From Dehalococcoidia bacterium (lineage in GTDB: Bacteria; Chloroflexota; Dehalococcoidia; Bin125): a stretch of DNA of 64,000 nt. The stretch spans positions 736,001 through 800,000 of the forward strand of contig CAXXNO010000004.1 in NCBI GenBank assembly GCA_963663235.2, written 5' to 3'. The notes beneath the pieces were generated by a model, which saw only the letters and a list, made by a program, of their open reading frames with translations, had not been told where the DNA came from and made no database searches. Position 1 is the first letter of the stretch. Each line of letters opens with the position of its first letter. This document shows positions 29,687 through 39,420 of this stretch, piece after piece. Made by a program: the position numbers and the translations under genes.

Positions 29687-30940
29687 TTGAGGCTGGGAGC
29701 CCCACGCCCGTTCTACGGGTGGGCCATTGTCGCGGCGGCGGCGGTGGCGCTGTTCGCGTCGGGGCCGGGGCAGTCGTTTGTGTTCGCGGTGTTCGTGGAC
29801 TCAATCATCGAGGACACGGGGCTGTCGCGGACGGCGATATCCGGGCTGTACTCGGTGGGGACGGGAATCGGCGCGCTGCTGGTGCTGTCGGTGGGGCGGC
29901 TGACGGACCGCTTCGGCGCGCGGCCGTTGCTGGCGTTGGGCGGGCTGGCGATGGGCGCGGCGTGCCTGGGGCTGGCGGCGGCGGACGGGCCGGGGGCGGT
30001 GTTCCTGGCGTTCGCGGGGCTGCGCGCGCTGGGGCAAGGAGCGCTGCCGGTCATTGCGACGCTGCTGACGGCGCAGTGGTTCGTGCGGCGGCGGGGGCGG
30101 GCAGTGGCGCTGACGAGCCTGGGGCTGGCGGCGGCGAACGCGGTGCTGCCGCCGCTCTCACGGGTTCTGATCGACAACATCGGCTGGCGGGAGAGCTACG
30201 TCGCGCTCGGGGTAATGGTGTGGGTGCTGGTGGTGCCGGCGGCGGTGCTGATCGTGCGGAACCGGCCGGAGGAGATGGGGCTGCACCCGGACGGCGCGCC
30301 GTTTCCCCCGGCGAGTGAGGCGGAGGCGGCGGGGGCCGGCGGGAGCGCGGCGCCGCGGCGGGTGCTGTCGTCGCCGATGTTCTGGCTGATCGCGCTGCCG
30401 ATGGCGACGCCGATGTTCGCGGGGACGGCGGTGGTGTTCCATCAGACGTCGATCTTCGAAGAGCGGGGGTTGAGCGCGACGGTGGCGGCGACGGCGTTCG
30501 TGCCGTTCGCGGTGACGTCGGCGATGTTCTCGATGCTGGCGGGGGTGGCCGTGGAGCGGCTGGGGCCGAAGTGGGTGTTCGTCATCGACATGGCGTTGCT
30601 GTTCGGGGCGTTCGTGCTGCTGCGGTTCATCTCATCGACGTTGAGCGCGACGGCGTACGCGCTGCTCCTTGGGGCGAGCGTGGGGATCTACCTGACGCTG
30701 CTGGGGACGATCCTGCCGCACTTCTACGGGCGGCACGGGCTGGGGCGGGTGCACGGTACGTCGGTGACGGTGGGGCTGCTGGGCGCGGCGGTGTCGCCGT
30801 TGCTGCTGGCGGTGTTGCAGGGCGCGACGGGGGACTACAAGTTGGCGCTGTGGCTGATTGCGGCGACGCCGGTGGTGGCGGCGATCCTGATCACGTTCGT
30901 GCGGCCGCGGGCGGGGGAGGAGGTGGTGTCGGGGGGGTGA
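29687..30940 (+). CDS. MFS transporter
   Basis: FYGW.IV, GRLTDRFGAR, WF.RRRG.A, GWR; about 12 hydrophobic segments. Start uncertain. Confidence 0.85.
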   Translation: MRLGAPRPFYGWAIVAAAAVALFASGPGQSFVFAVFVDSIIEDTGLSRTAISGLYSVGTGIGALLVLSVGRLTDRFGARPLLALGGLAMGAACLGLAAADGPGAVFLAFAGLRALGQGALPVIATLLTAQWFVRRRGRAVALTSLGLAAANAVLPPLSRVLIDNIGWRESYVALGVMVWVLVVPAAVLIVRNRPEEMGLHPDGAPFPPASEAEAAGAGGSAAPRRVLSSPMFWLIALPMATPMFAGTAVVFHQTSIFEERGLSATVAATAFVPFAVTSAMFSMLAGVAVERLGPKWVFVIDMALLFGAFVLLRFISSTLSATAYALLLGASVGIYLTLLGTILPHFYGRHGLGRVHGTSVTVGLLGAAVSPLLLAVLQGATGDYKLALWLIAATPVVAAILITFVRPRAGEEVVSGG

Positions 30941-30978
30941 GGGGTAAAGGTGGGGTAGGGGGAGGCTAAACTCCACCT

Positions 30979-31632
30979 ATGCGCGAATATCTGTCCTTCA
31001 TGCCCGAGTACATCGGGCGAGTCCTCGTACGCTGGGCCACATTCGCGGGCGTGAGTCTACTCATCGTGATTATCGTCATCGATGCGTTTGCCACCGATAT
31101 ACCCACGGCGGTCGAAGTGGCGGTTAGTCTCGGTTCCCTTCTCATCGCGACGTACTCCGTCTTCCGGGAGGAGCGCCGAACGCGCGCTGAGCGAGAAGGC
31201 GCACTTTCGATCTCGGCTCGCTTACGTGAGAAGGCAAATTGGGAGCTCGCGGCGAGACACCTCATGTATGTGCAGGCATATGACGTCGAGTACACGGTCC
31301 ATGCGACTGGTAGTGATGTAAGAACGAAAGACGTATACGCGCGCGTCGTTGGTCGGCTAAAGAAGCGATCGTGGTGGCAGATCAAGCCATGTATTCGTGA
31401 GCGCGTGCTGGTCCCCAAGATGGAACAGGAGTTCCCGAACCAGACGGAGCGGCGACTAGAGTTGGCTGGCGATCCGTGGCACGAGGACAGGGCCTCCTTT
31501 GTGGAATGGAACAGCGGAGATCACGTCGGCATTCCGTATGAGGGCGATGCCGTCATTCAGCTTGTTGTAGAGACGATCGTCCCGAAAGGTGGGGTGTTCG
31601 TCCAGGATATTGCAGATAAGCCAAACTCGTAG
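30979..31632 (+). CDS. Hypothetical membrane-anchored protein, lower GC
   Basis: 217 aa ORF with two N-terminal hydrophobic helices; visibly more AT-rich than its flanks. Confidence 0.6.
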   Translation: MREYLSFMPEYIGRVLVRWATFAGVSLLIVIIVIDAFATDIPTAVEVAVSLGSLLIATYSVFREERRTRAEREGALSISARLREKANWELAARHLMYVQAYDVEYTVHATGSDVRTKDVYARVVGRLKKRSWWQIKPCIRERVLVPKMEQEFPNQTERRLELAGDPWHEDRASFVEWNSGDHVGIPYEGDAVIQLVVETIVPKGGVFVQDIADKPNS

Positions 31633-31762
31633 TGGGTGCTCTGTCCCGCACTGGATCGGTTGTCACGAGAGCCATGAGTATGTCAGGAAACGGGTGAAGA
31701 TCATCGCGGTTGTTGAAGCGCCGCTCAACCTCGTGCAGGTAGATGGGCAGATGCTTCGCGGT
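31633..31762 (-). mobile_element. IS1595-family transposase C-terminal remnant
   Basis: Minus strand reads TAKHLPIYLHEVERRFNNRDDLHPFPDILMALVTTDP, matching the IS1595/ISXO2 C-terminal KHL..YL.E..RFN.R motif. Confidence 0.7.
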
Positions 31763-31836
31763 AGGGACGAAGTGGCGTCGGTTGACGGGTTCGTGCTGAC
31801 GCAGGACTAGCGGTCGCGGTGAGCGGTGCGGCGTGG

Positions 31837-32583
31837 CTAGTGCTGGACGTCGATCACGAGGCGGGTGGGGTTCGCCAGCTCGAAGATGCGGAAGGGGGCG
31901 CGCTCGTCGAGGCCGAAGACCCAGGTGACAAGGGCCTCGAAGTCGCAGGTGAGGTCGACGCTTTGGATCGTCGGCCCGAGGTTGACGTCCTGCTCCTGGA
32001 GCGTGGGCTCGCCGGTGAAGACGTCGTGGGCGGAGGCCCAGAGGAAGTCGATCTCAAGTCCGGCGCCGCCGGCGAAGTCCACCGGGAAGCCGCTGCCGCA
32101 GGCGACGGGTTCGTCGGGGTACTCGATGCGGTAGTGGGGCAGCCCTTCGTCGAAGTCGCCGGCCTCCGGCGGGGCGGGGAGGAACTCGAAGACGATGCGG
32201 TCGAAGCCGTCGTGGGTGGCGGTGCGGATCGCGACCTGGAGGCCGCCGCGGAGCGGCGGGATGACGACGGTGTCCACCTCGAAGAGGTCGAAGGGGGGCT
32301 CGTCGGGCTCGGGCTCTTCGTCTGGGGTGGCGATCGGCTCGGCGTCGCGGTCGGGCGTCTCCTCGGGCCGCTCGTCGGGCCGCTCGTCGCGGGGCGGAGG
32401 GGGGCGCTCGGGACGGGGCTCGGGCTGAGATTGCTCGGCGACGTCCGCGACGGCGTCGGGCTGGGCCTGGTCGGCGGCGGGCGCCGGAGTCGCCTGGGGC
32501 GAACCGGCGTCGTCGGAGCCGCCGTTGCAGGCCACGAGCAAGAGCGCGGCCAGCAGGGGAGCGATCGCCAGGGCCAGACGCAT
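31837..32583 (-). CDS. Lipoprotein with Pro/Glu-rich linker and AMIN-like domain
   Basis: Lipobox LLLVAC; H.GFDRIVFEF, CDFEA.V.W..G, L.NPTRLVIDV.H. Confidence 0.75.
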   Translation of the reverse strand: MRLALAIAPLLAALLLVACNGGSDDAGSPQATPAPAADQAQPDAVADVAEQSQPEPRPERPPPPRDERPDERPEETPDRDAEPIATPDEEPEPDEPPFDLFEVDTVVIPPLRGGLQVAIRTATHDGFDRIVFEFLPAPPEAGDFDEGLPHYRIEYPDEPVACGSGFPVDFAGGAGLEIDFLWASAHDVFTGEPTLQEQDVNLGPTIQSVDLTCDFEALVTWVFGLDERAPFRIFELANPTRLVIDVQH

Positions 32584-32669
32584 CGGAGCACCTCATCTCT
32601 CGATCCGTGTCTCGATCGATTGTGACCGGGCGAGAGGGTGGCGGCAACGGCGGGTCGGAGGCGGGGCGT

Positions 32670-33092
32670 TCAGGCGGGCTTGAACATGGGGAGGGTGATG
32701 TCGTCCGACATGGGCTGGAAGTGGACGCGGACGGGCATGCCGACGCGGACATCGTCGGGCGGGCAGCCGACGATGTTGGTGAAGGTGTACCAGCCCTCGT
32801 CCATCTCGACGATGGCGATGACGTAGGGCACGTCGAAGGCGGGCAGCTGGGGCCGCCAGACGACCGTGTAGCTGTAGACCGTCCCCCGGCCGCTGCTGGG
32901 CAGCCACTCCAGATCAGCGCTGAAGCACTTGGTGCAGACGGGCTGCGGGATGAAGACGTACTCGTCGCAGGCGCGGCAACGCTGGACGACGAGCTCACCG
33001 CGGCGGCAGGCGTCCCAGTACGGCTCAGAGAGCGGCGTGGGGGTGGGAAGCGGGATGGGCGGTCGAGCGTCGGTCATGCGGTCGGGGGTCAT
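32670..33092 (-). CDS. DUF35 Zn-ribbon/OB-fold protein
   Basis: PYW, QRCRAC...P...CTKC, SGRGTVYSYTVV, PY.IA.VE..EG; ATGA overlap with the thiolase stop. Confidence 0.9.
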   Translation of the reverse strand: MTPDRMTDARPPIPLPTPTPLSEPYWDACRRGELVVQRCRACDEYVFIPQPVCTKCFSADLEWLPSSGRGTVYSYTVVWRPQLPAFDVPYVIAIVEMDEGWYTFTNIVGCPPDDVRVGMPVRVHFQPMSDDITLPMFKPA

Positions 33093-34258
33093 GCGGGCTC
33101 GTTCCCCAGGAGCAGCACCTCGGCGAAGAGCGCCGCAGCGCCGCCGTTGGTGCACATGGCGACTTTGACGTCGGGGACCTGGAGAGGGCCCATGCGGCCG
33201 CGGACCTGGTCGGTCCCAGCGATGACCTTCTGCAACATCTGGGCGAGGCCGGCGTGGGAAAACGACATCGTGCCGCCGTTGGTGCAGACGGGGAAGTCGC
33301 CATCGAGGTGGATGCGGCCGTCCATGACGAAGGGGCCGCCCTCGCCCTGGGGGCAGAACTCGAAGGCCTCGAACTGGCGGATGATCTCGAAGGAGAAGGG
33401 GTCGTAGAACTCGCAGACGTCGACATCGTGGGGGGTGATGCCCGCCATGGCGAAGGCCTTTCGCGCCGAGGTGCGGCCCACCATGCCGTAGCGGTCCCAA
33501 ACGGGGGCCATCACATATGAGGGGCCCATCCGCTCCATGGCCCCGCCCAGCACGTAGGCGTGCGGGCCAGGGAGGTCGCGGGCGCGCTCGACGGTGGTGA
33601 GGATGAGGCCCGCACCGCCCTCACTGGTCATGGCGCAGTCGAGCAGGTGGTAGGGGTCGGCGACCATGCGGGAGTCGAGGATGTCCTGTGGAGTGAAGGG
33701 GCCGCGCTCGTAGTAGACGGCGTCGGGGTTGATGTGGCCGTGGTTGCGGATGGTGGCGGCGACCTCGGCGAGGTGCTCCGGCTTGGTGCCGTAGAGGTGC
33801 ATGTGGCGTCTGGCGATCAGGGCGAACTCGGCGGCGGTGTAGAGACCCCAGCACTCGACGAACTCGTTTTGGGGCCGGGTCCAGGGGGCGACCTTCTCGC
33901 GCTCCGAGTAGGCGCCGGCCTGGCCGGCGGCGAGGACCACCGTGTCGCAGAGACCGGCGCCGATGGCGGAGGCCGCTTCCAGCACGGCGGGCACGCCCAT
34001 GCGCGCTGCGCCCATCCAAGAGGGCTGCCCGCCCAGCATGTGCGCCATGTGGAAGGCGGTGACGTTGGACGCGAGGCCGACGTTGACGTTGACGCCGTTG
34101 ACGTCGTGCGGCGCGAGGCCCGCATCGGCGAGAGCGCCGCGGATGGCATCGAGTGTGATAGAGAGCGAGGTCTCATCGGGGAGGAGGCGCGCCTGCCTGG
34201 TGTTAAATGCGCCGACCACGGCCACGTCGTGGAGAGCGGTGGGTCGCTTGGTCGCCAT
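33089..34258 (-). CDS. Thiolase-like (SCP-x / Ltp2-type) protein
   Basis: ARRHMH.YG, NP.A, DC..TS.GG, YDPFS, TNGG.MS.SH; coupled to DUF35. Confidence 0.88.
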   Translation of the reverse strand: MATKRPTALHDVAVVGAFNTRQARLLPDETSLSITLDAIRGALADAGLAPHDVNGVNVNVGLASNVTAFHMAHMLGGQPSWMGAARMGVPAVLEAASAIGAGLCDTVVLAAGQAGAYSEREKVAPWTRPQNEFVECWGLYTAAEFALIARRHMHLYGTKPEHLAEVAATIRNHGHINPDAVYYERGPFTPQDILDSRMVADPYHLLDCAMTSEGGAGLILTTVERARDLPGPHAYVLGGAMERMGPSYVMAPVWDRYGMVGRTSARKAFAMAGITPHDVDVCEFYDPFSFEIIRQFEAFEFCPQGEGGPFVMDGRIHLDGDFPVCTNGGTMSFSHAGLAQMLQKVIAGTDQVRGRMGPLQVPDVKVAMCTNGGAAALFAEVLLLGNEPA

Positions 34259-34377
34259 GCGAACTCCGTGCGGCGCGCGCCTCGGGTGCGGGGGCGGACG
34301 CAGCATCGCTATATTCCTTGCAACTGGGAGCGCGAGCAACCGGCCGGCTATGGCACCGCGACGGGAAGAACGGATCG

Positions 34378-36816
34378 ATGGCCGAGGCGCCGCTCGAGGG
34401 ACTGCGGGTAGTCGATCTCTCGACCACGTTCGCGGGCGCCCTGGCGACGATGATCCTGAGCGACGCTGGGGCGGACGTGATCAAGGTCGAGCCCGCAGGG
34501 GGCGAGCCGACCTGGGCACAGCCGGCGGCGCGGCAGTGGCATCGCGGGAAGCGGAGCGTGGCCTGTGACATCGCGACGGCGGAGGGCAAGTGTCGAGCGC
34601 TGGATCTGATCGGCGGGGCGGACGTGGTGGTGGAGAGCGCGGTCCCAGGCGAGCTGGAGCAGGTGGGCATCGATGGCGACGAGCTCCTGTCGCGACACGG
34701 GGGGTTGATCTGGGTGTCGATCACCGGCTTCGGGCGGGAGGGGCCGCTGTCGCGGTACCCCGTCTCGGAGGGGATCGTGTCGGCCAAGGCGGGGCGGTAC
34801 ACGCAGCTGGAGGGGATCCTGCCGCGGCCGGGCCCGATCTACGGGGCCGTGCCGGTGGCGGGGTTCGGCGCGGCGATGACCGCGTTGCAGGGGCTGATGG
34901 CGGCGCTGTACGTGCGGGAGCGATGCGGCATCGGGCAGCGCGTGGACGCCAGCCTGTTGCGGGGACTGTCCGTGCAGGACCTGGGGCAATGGCTGGTGGC
35001 GCAGCTGCCGGAGGAGGAGATCGCGAAGATCAGCGGCGACGGCCGGACCGACGGGATCTATAAGGCCGTCTACCTGGCCGGCCGGACAAAGGACGGCCGC
35101 TGGATCCAGTTGGGCAACACAGCGGCGCACCTCTTCATGAGCTGCATGCAGGTGATGGGGCTGGAGGACGTGTACACGAACCCCCGCTACTCCGACGCTC
35201 CGTACTACCGCGACGTCCAGATCCAGGACGAGCTCCAATCCATGCTGCTGGCGCGCGTGCGTGAGAAGACGCTGGGCGAATGGATGGAGTTGTTCATCGC
35301 CAACGGGAACGTGGGAGCGGAGCCGTTGCAGACGACGCAGGAGGGCATGGAGCACCCGCAGATGTTGCACAACGGCCACGTGGTAACGGTCGACGATCCG
35401 GTGGTCGGGCCGACGCGGCAGATCGCGCCGCTGGCGCGGCTCTCGGAGACGCCGATGCGGATCCGCGGACCCGCCGCGACGCCGGGCGCCCACACCGACG
35501 CCGTGATCGAAAACGGTGACACCCGGCGGCCGGAGCGGCCCGCGAGGTCCGGGAACAGGAGCGCCACGCCGAAGCACGCCCTGGACGATGTGCTGGTGCT
35601 GAACTTCGCATCGTGGATCGCGGGGTCAATGGCGAGCCTGCCGCTGGCCGACCTCGGAGCGCGGGTGATCAAGATCGAGCCGCTGGAGGGCGATCCGTAC
35701 CGCTACAGCGGCGAGGGTGAAGGGGTGGCGCACACGTCGGCGGGGATGGAAGGGCTGGCGCTCAACCTCAAGAGCGAGGAGGGGCGGGCGATCGCGCTGG
35801 AGCTAGTGCGACGGGCGGACATCTTGATCCACAACTGGCGCCCGGGCGTCGCGGAGCGGCTGGGGCTGGGCCACGACGCCGTGCGCGCGATCAACCCGCG
35901 CTGCGTGTACGTGCACGCGTCGTCGTACGGGCGGGACGGCCCCCACGCCCACCGGCCCATGTTCCACCCGTTGGCCGGCGCGATCGCCGGGAACGCCCTG
36001 TACCAGGCCGGCGAGGGGATGCTGCCCGACCACAACGAGGAGATCCCGATGGAGGAGCTGCGCGAGATCTCGCGCGAGCTGGGGCGCTCCAACGAACCGA
36101 ACCCGGACCCGAACGCCGGAATGGGCTGCGCCTGTGCGGCGTTGCTGGCGCTGCTGGTGCGGGAACGGAGCGGCGTGGCGCAGCACGTGGAGACGACGAT
36201 GATCCTCTCCAACGCCTACGCCTGCTCGGACGACTTCCTGGACTACGAAGGGAAGCCCGCACGCCCGGCGCCGGACGCGGGCAAGTACGGACTGCAGGCG
36301 CTGTACCGGCTCTACGAGTCGCGGGAGTCGTGGGTGTTCCTGGATGCGTCCGGCGGAGAGGCCGCCTGGACGCAGTTGTGCGAGGCGCTGGAGCGGCCCG
36401 ACCTGCCGCGCGACCCGCGATTCCGCGTGGCGGAGGAGCGGCGCGCGAACGACGCCGCGCTGGCGGAGGAGCTGACGGCGATTTTCGCGTCGCGGCAGGC
36501 CGAGGAATGGGAGCGGAAGCTCATCGGCGCGGGAGTGGGGTGTGTGCGAGCGGACGGGCCGACGTACTCGCGCTTCAGCATGTTCGACCCGCACAGCCAG
36601 GCGACGGGGCTCTCCGAGCCTGCCGAGTGGCCACATCGCCGATACGGGGCACACCGGCGGCACGGGCCGGTGGTCGCGCTGTCGCGGACGCCGGGGCGGG
36701 CGCGGCCGGGCTGCGAGCTGGGGGAGCACACGCAGGCGATCCTGGAAGAGATCGGCTACGCGCCCGACGCGATCGCCGGGCTGCGCGAGCGGGAGGTCGT
36801 GGGGCTGCCGGACTAA
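34378..36816 (+). CDS. Family III (CaiB/BaiF) CoA transferase with two tandem domains
   Basis: PLEGLRVVDL...GADVIKVEP and a second ADLGARVIKIEP..GDP; PG.HT and LGEHT C-terminal motifs. Confidence 0.9.
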   Translation: MAEAPLEGLRVVDLSTTFAGALATMILSDAGADVIKVEPAGGEPTWAQPAARQWHRGKRSVACDIATAEGKCRALDLIGGADVVVESAVPGELEQVGIDGDELLSRHGGLIWVSITGFGREGPLSRYPVSEGIVSAKAGRYTQLEGILPRPGPIYGAVPVAGFGAAMTALQGLMAALYVRERCGIGQRVDASLLRGLSVQDLGQWLVAQLPEEEIAKISGDGRTDGIYKAVYLAGRTKDGRWIQLGNTAAHLFMSCMQVMGLEDVYTNPRYSDAPYYRDVQIQDELQSMLLARVREKTLGEWMELFIANGNVGAEPLQTTQEGMEHPQMLHNGHVVTVDDPVVGPTRQIAPLARLSETPMRIRGPAATPGAHTDAVIENGDTRRPERPARSGNRSATPKHALDDVLVLNFASWIAGSMASLPLADLGARVIKIEPLEGDPYRYSGEGEGVAHTSAGMEGLALNLKSEEGRAIALELVRRADILIHNWRPGVAERLGLGHDAVRAINPRCVYVHASSYGRDGPHAHRPMFHPLAGAIAGNALYQAGEGMLPDHNEEIPMEELREISRELGRSNEPNPDPNAGMGCACAALLALLVRERSGVAQHVETTMILSNAYACSDDFLDYEGKPARPAPDAGKYGLQALYRLYESRESWVFLDASGGEAAWTQLCEALERPDLPRDPRFRVAEERRANDAALAEELTAIFASRQAEEWERKLIGAGVGCVRADGPTYSRFSMFDPHSQATGLSEPAEWPHRRYGAHRRHGPVVALSRTPGRARPGCELGEHTQAILEEIGYAPDAIAGLREREVVGLPD

Positions 36817-36853
36817 GTTATCGCTTTGGGGCGATCGCTTGGGGGCGAAGGCT

Positions 36854-37690
36854 TTAGGCGCGCTTCGCGACTTCGTAGACAATCGTGTGGCGGAAGCGGG
36901 CGAGGTCGCGGCCGTCCTCGGCGATGAGGACGCAGTCGAGGACGCTGTAGCGGTGGCCCTTGCGCTCGAAGTAGTCGACCAATCGACCGGCCACGGTGAG
37001 CGTTTGCCCGGCGTGCGCCGGGGCCAAGTGCTGCACGCGGGTCTCCGCGTGGATGCCCGGCCCGTACTCAAACGAGTGGCGGACCAGGTGGGTGCCGCGC
37101 GCAGCGATCCAGGAGGGGTGGAGGCGGGCGGCGTCCCCCCGCCAGAGCGGGCCCTCATCGGCGGCGCGCTCCGTGGCGTAGGCGGCCGCGTCCTGGGGGG
37201 AGAAGGGGATGGCCATCGGGGGCAGGTCGTAGCCGAGCGGCGCGGTGTCGGGCGAGAAGCGGGGCTTGGCGTCGCGCGAGGGCACGGCGGTGCGATTGTC
37301 GGGCTGCTGCAACTCATGCAACCAAGGGGCGGCGTCGAGCCCGACGGTCCCGACGAGGCAGCGCTCACCGTCGCCGTTGGACATGACGAAGCCGGCCGCG
37401 CCGTCGTCGCTGGGAGTGACCTGCGCGGTCATCTCATCGCCGGGGTAGACGGGGCGGCGGAAGGCGACCTGCGCCCAGCCGTGATCGAGCCAGCGCTCGC
37501 CCAGCGCCTCGACGATGCAGGGGACCACCCAGGCGTAGACGGTCACGCCACGGACCAGCGCCGCGCGGTAGCCGAAGGCGCGCGCGCCCTCCGTGGAGTG
37601 GATGACGTTGGGGATATCGAGGCTGTCGGGCCCGTCGAGGAAGGCGGTGATCCGCGAGACAGCGGGGCGACCGTGGGACTGGGTGGTCAT
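36854..37690 (-). CDS. Double hot-dog (MaoC-like) dehydratase
   Basis: N.IH..EGARAFGY..ALV.G, F.RPVYPGD, FERKGH. Confidence 0.75.
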   Translation of the reverse strand: MTTQSHGRPAVSRITAFLDGPDSLDIPNVIHSTEGARAFGYRAALVRGVTVYAWVVPCIVEALGERWLDHGWAQVAFRRPVYPGDEMTAQVTPSDDGAAGFVMSNGDGERCLVGTVGLDAAPWLHELQQPDNRTAVPSRDAKPRFSPDTAPLGYDLPPMAIPFSPQDAAAYATERAADEGPLWRGDAARLHPSWIAARGTHLVRHSFEYGPGIHAETRVQHLAPAHAGQTLTVAGRLVDYFERKGHRYSVLDCVLIAEDGRDLARFRHTIVYEVAKRA

Positions 37691-37817
37691 TTGGGCGCCA
37701 TGCTAGCGCATGCGAATGGGCCGGGCGCCGCATTGCTGGGCGAATTGCTGGGGTTGGGGGGCACGCATATACTCTCGCCATTCCGCCCGCACACACCCGA
37801 TGAGCAAGAGGGCACTC

Positions 37818-38051
37818 ATGGCTGCGACCGAAAAGTTGGCGGGGGGCGGCGGGTACGGCGATCCGCCGGCGCGCCCAGCGGCCAAGGTGGTGGAGGAGAT
37901 CAAAGACGAGTCCGTCTCCCCGGCGGCGGCGCGGTAGCCCTCCAGGGTGGTGGTGAAGGAGATCGACCGCCAGCGGCCGGCCCACGAAGTGGACGAGGCC
38001 GCGACCCAGGCGCTGCGCGAGCAGATGCGGGCGTCGCGCAGGCAGGGCTAA
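37818..38051 (+). pseudogene. Hydantoinase B remnant (start plus C-terminus, internal TAG)
   Basis: MAATEKL-AGGGGYGDPPARPAAKVVEEIKDESVS..AR*...VVVKEIDR..EVDEAATQALREQMRA aligns with the C-termini of the genes at 4010 and 54335. Confidence 0.8.
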
Positions 38052-38156
38052 TCCGCGTTTCCTCCGCCTGTTGGGGGCACTCCCCGTGATCCGGCGAGCG
38101 GAGCGCGGGCCGGGATCAGCGCGCCGCCGGCGGGCGCGGGAGAGACCGCATCGCGC

Positions 38157-39329
38157 ATGACCGAGAGCAGCAGAGCCGAGTCCGGGCGCCTGTGGAGCCG
38201 GGAGCTCGTCCTGTTGCTGGTGATGATCCACCTCGTCTTCGTGGGCTACTACTCCATGTTCGTGGTGCTACCCGCGTACCTGGACGATTCGTCAAAAACC
38301 ATGGTCGGGATCGTGGTGGGCGTCTTCGGGATCGCGACGTTCGCCACACGGCTGTGGGCCGGATCGCTGGCCGATCTGATGGGCAGGCGCACCCTGCTGC
38401 TGGCGGGGCTGGCTCTGCCGATGGTGGCGTTGCTGCTCTACGCGCAAGGGCCGTTCGCGGCCGGGCTGATCCCGGTGCGCCTGCTGCACGGTCTGGCGTG
38501 GGTCCTGACGGCGACTTCCTTCGTAGCGCTCAACGCGGACATCGCGCCCGCGGCACGGCGGGGCGAGGCGATCAGCTACGTGCTGCTGGCGAGCGAGAGC
38601 GCGGCGCTCTACGCGCCGTTCGCGTCGCTGTGGATTGGGGAGCACGTCAGCTTTCGAGTGGTGTTCGTCGGTCTGGCGGTGCTGGCGATCGTCAGCATTC
38701 TCATCGTGCGGCGGTTGCCGAGCGATCGGGGAACGCCGCCATCGTGGCGGCTGCCGACGCCGTTTCGCGTCTCGCGGGCGGGGCTGCTGCCACTGGCCGC
38801 GTTCATCGGCGTGGCGATCGCGATCGGCGCGCAGGCCAGCTTTCTCGTGATCCACGCCGACGAGAAAGGCCTGGGGAACCCGCAACTGTTCTTTCTGGCG
38901 CACGGGATCGCCGTGATCGCCATCGTGACCGTGGCCGGTCGCGTGTTGGCCGCGCTGGGGTACGCGCTGACCACGTTCATCAGCCTGCTGCTGGCCGGCG
39001 CGGCGATGCTGACGGTAGCACTGGCGCAAGGGTCCGAGGGGCTCATCCTGGGAGGCGCGCTGTTCGGCGTCGCGATGGGCGGCTCCTACACGGCGGCGAT
39101 GACGCAAGCGTATACGAGCGCGGACCCGGCGGGGCGGGCGCGGGCGATGGCGACGGTGGCGCTGGCGTTCGACATCGGGGCGACGGCGGCCATCCCGTTC
39201 GGCGCGGTAGCAGATGCGGCGGGCACGCGGGTGGTGTTCGCGATCGCGGCGGGCATCGCGGCGGTGGCGGCGTTCGTGCCGTTCGTGGGGATGCGGGCGG
39301 GCCGCGCGCGGGGATCGCGGGGCGCCTAG
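38157..39329 (+). CDS. MFS transporter
   Basis: GSLADLMGRR, RLLHG, P..RRGEA; hydrophobic. Confidence 0.87.
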   Translation: MTESSRAESGRLWSRELVLLLVMIHLVFVGYYSMFVVLPAYLDDSSKTMVGIVVGVFGIATFATRLWAGSLADLMGRRTLLLAGLALPMVALLLYAQGPFAAGLIPVRLLHGLAWVLTATSFVALNADIAPAARRGEAISYVLLASESAALYAPFASLWIGEHVSFRVVFVGLAVLAIVSILIVRRLPSDRGTPPSWRLPTPFRVSRAGLLPLAAFIGVAIAIGAQASFLVIHADEKGLGNPQLFFLAHGIAVIAIVTVAGRVLAALGYALTTFISLLLAGAAMLTVALAQGSEGLILGGALFGVAMGGSYTAAMTQAYTSADPAGRARAMATVALAFDIGATAAIPFGAVADAAGTRVVFAIAAGIAAVAAFVPFVGMRAGRARGSRGA

Positions 39330-39420
39330 AGAGCGGGAGCGGCCAGCGAGGTTTGCGAACCGCTTACGCCGTGTGCCACCATGTCGGCCGTTGTGCGAAC
39401 CCCGGGGAAGAATGTGGGCG

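Noticed and set aside
31589-31810. 73-aa plus-strand ORF
   Set aside because: It is the antisense of the IS1595 transposase remnant.
36820-36847. 14-bp imperfect tandem repeat ATCGCTT(T/G)GGGGCG between convergent genes
   Set aside because: Two copies only; likely slippage, with no functional evidence.
37935-37937. TAG in the hyuB remnant as pyrrolysine or read-through
   Set aside because: The surrounding sequence is degenerate and most of the gene is deleted, so pseudogene is the simpler reading.
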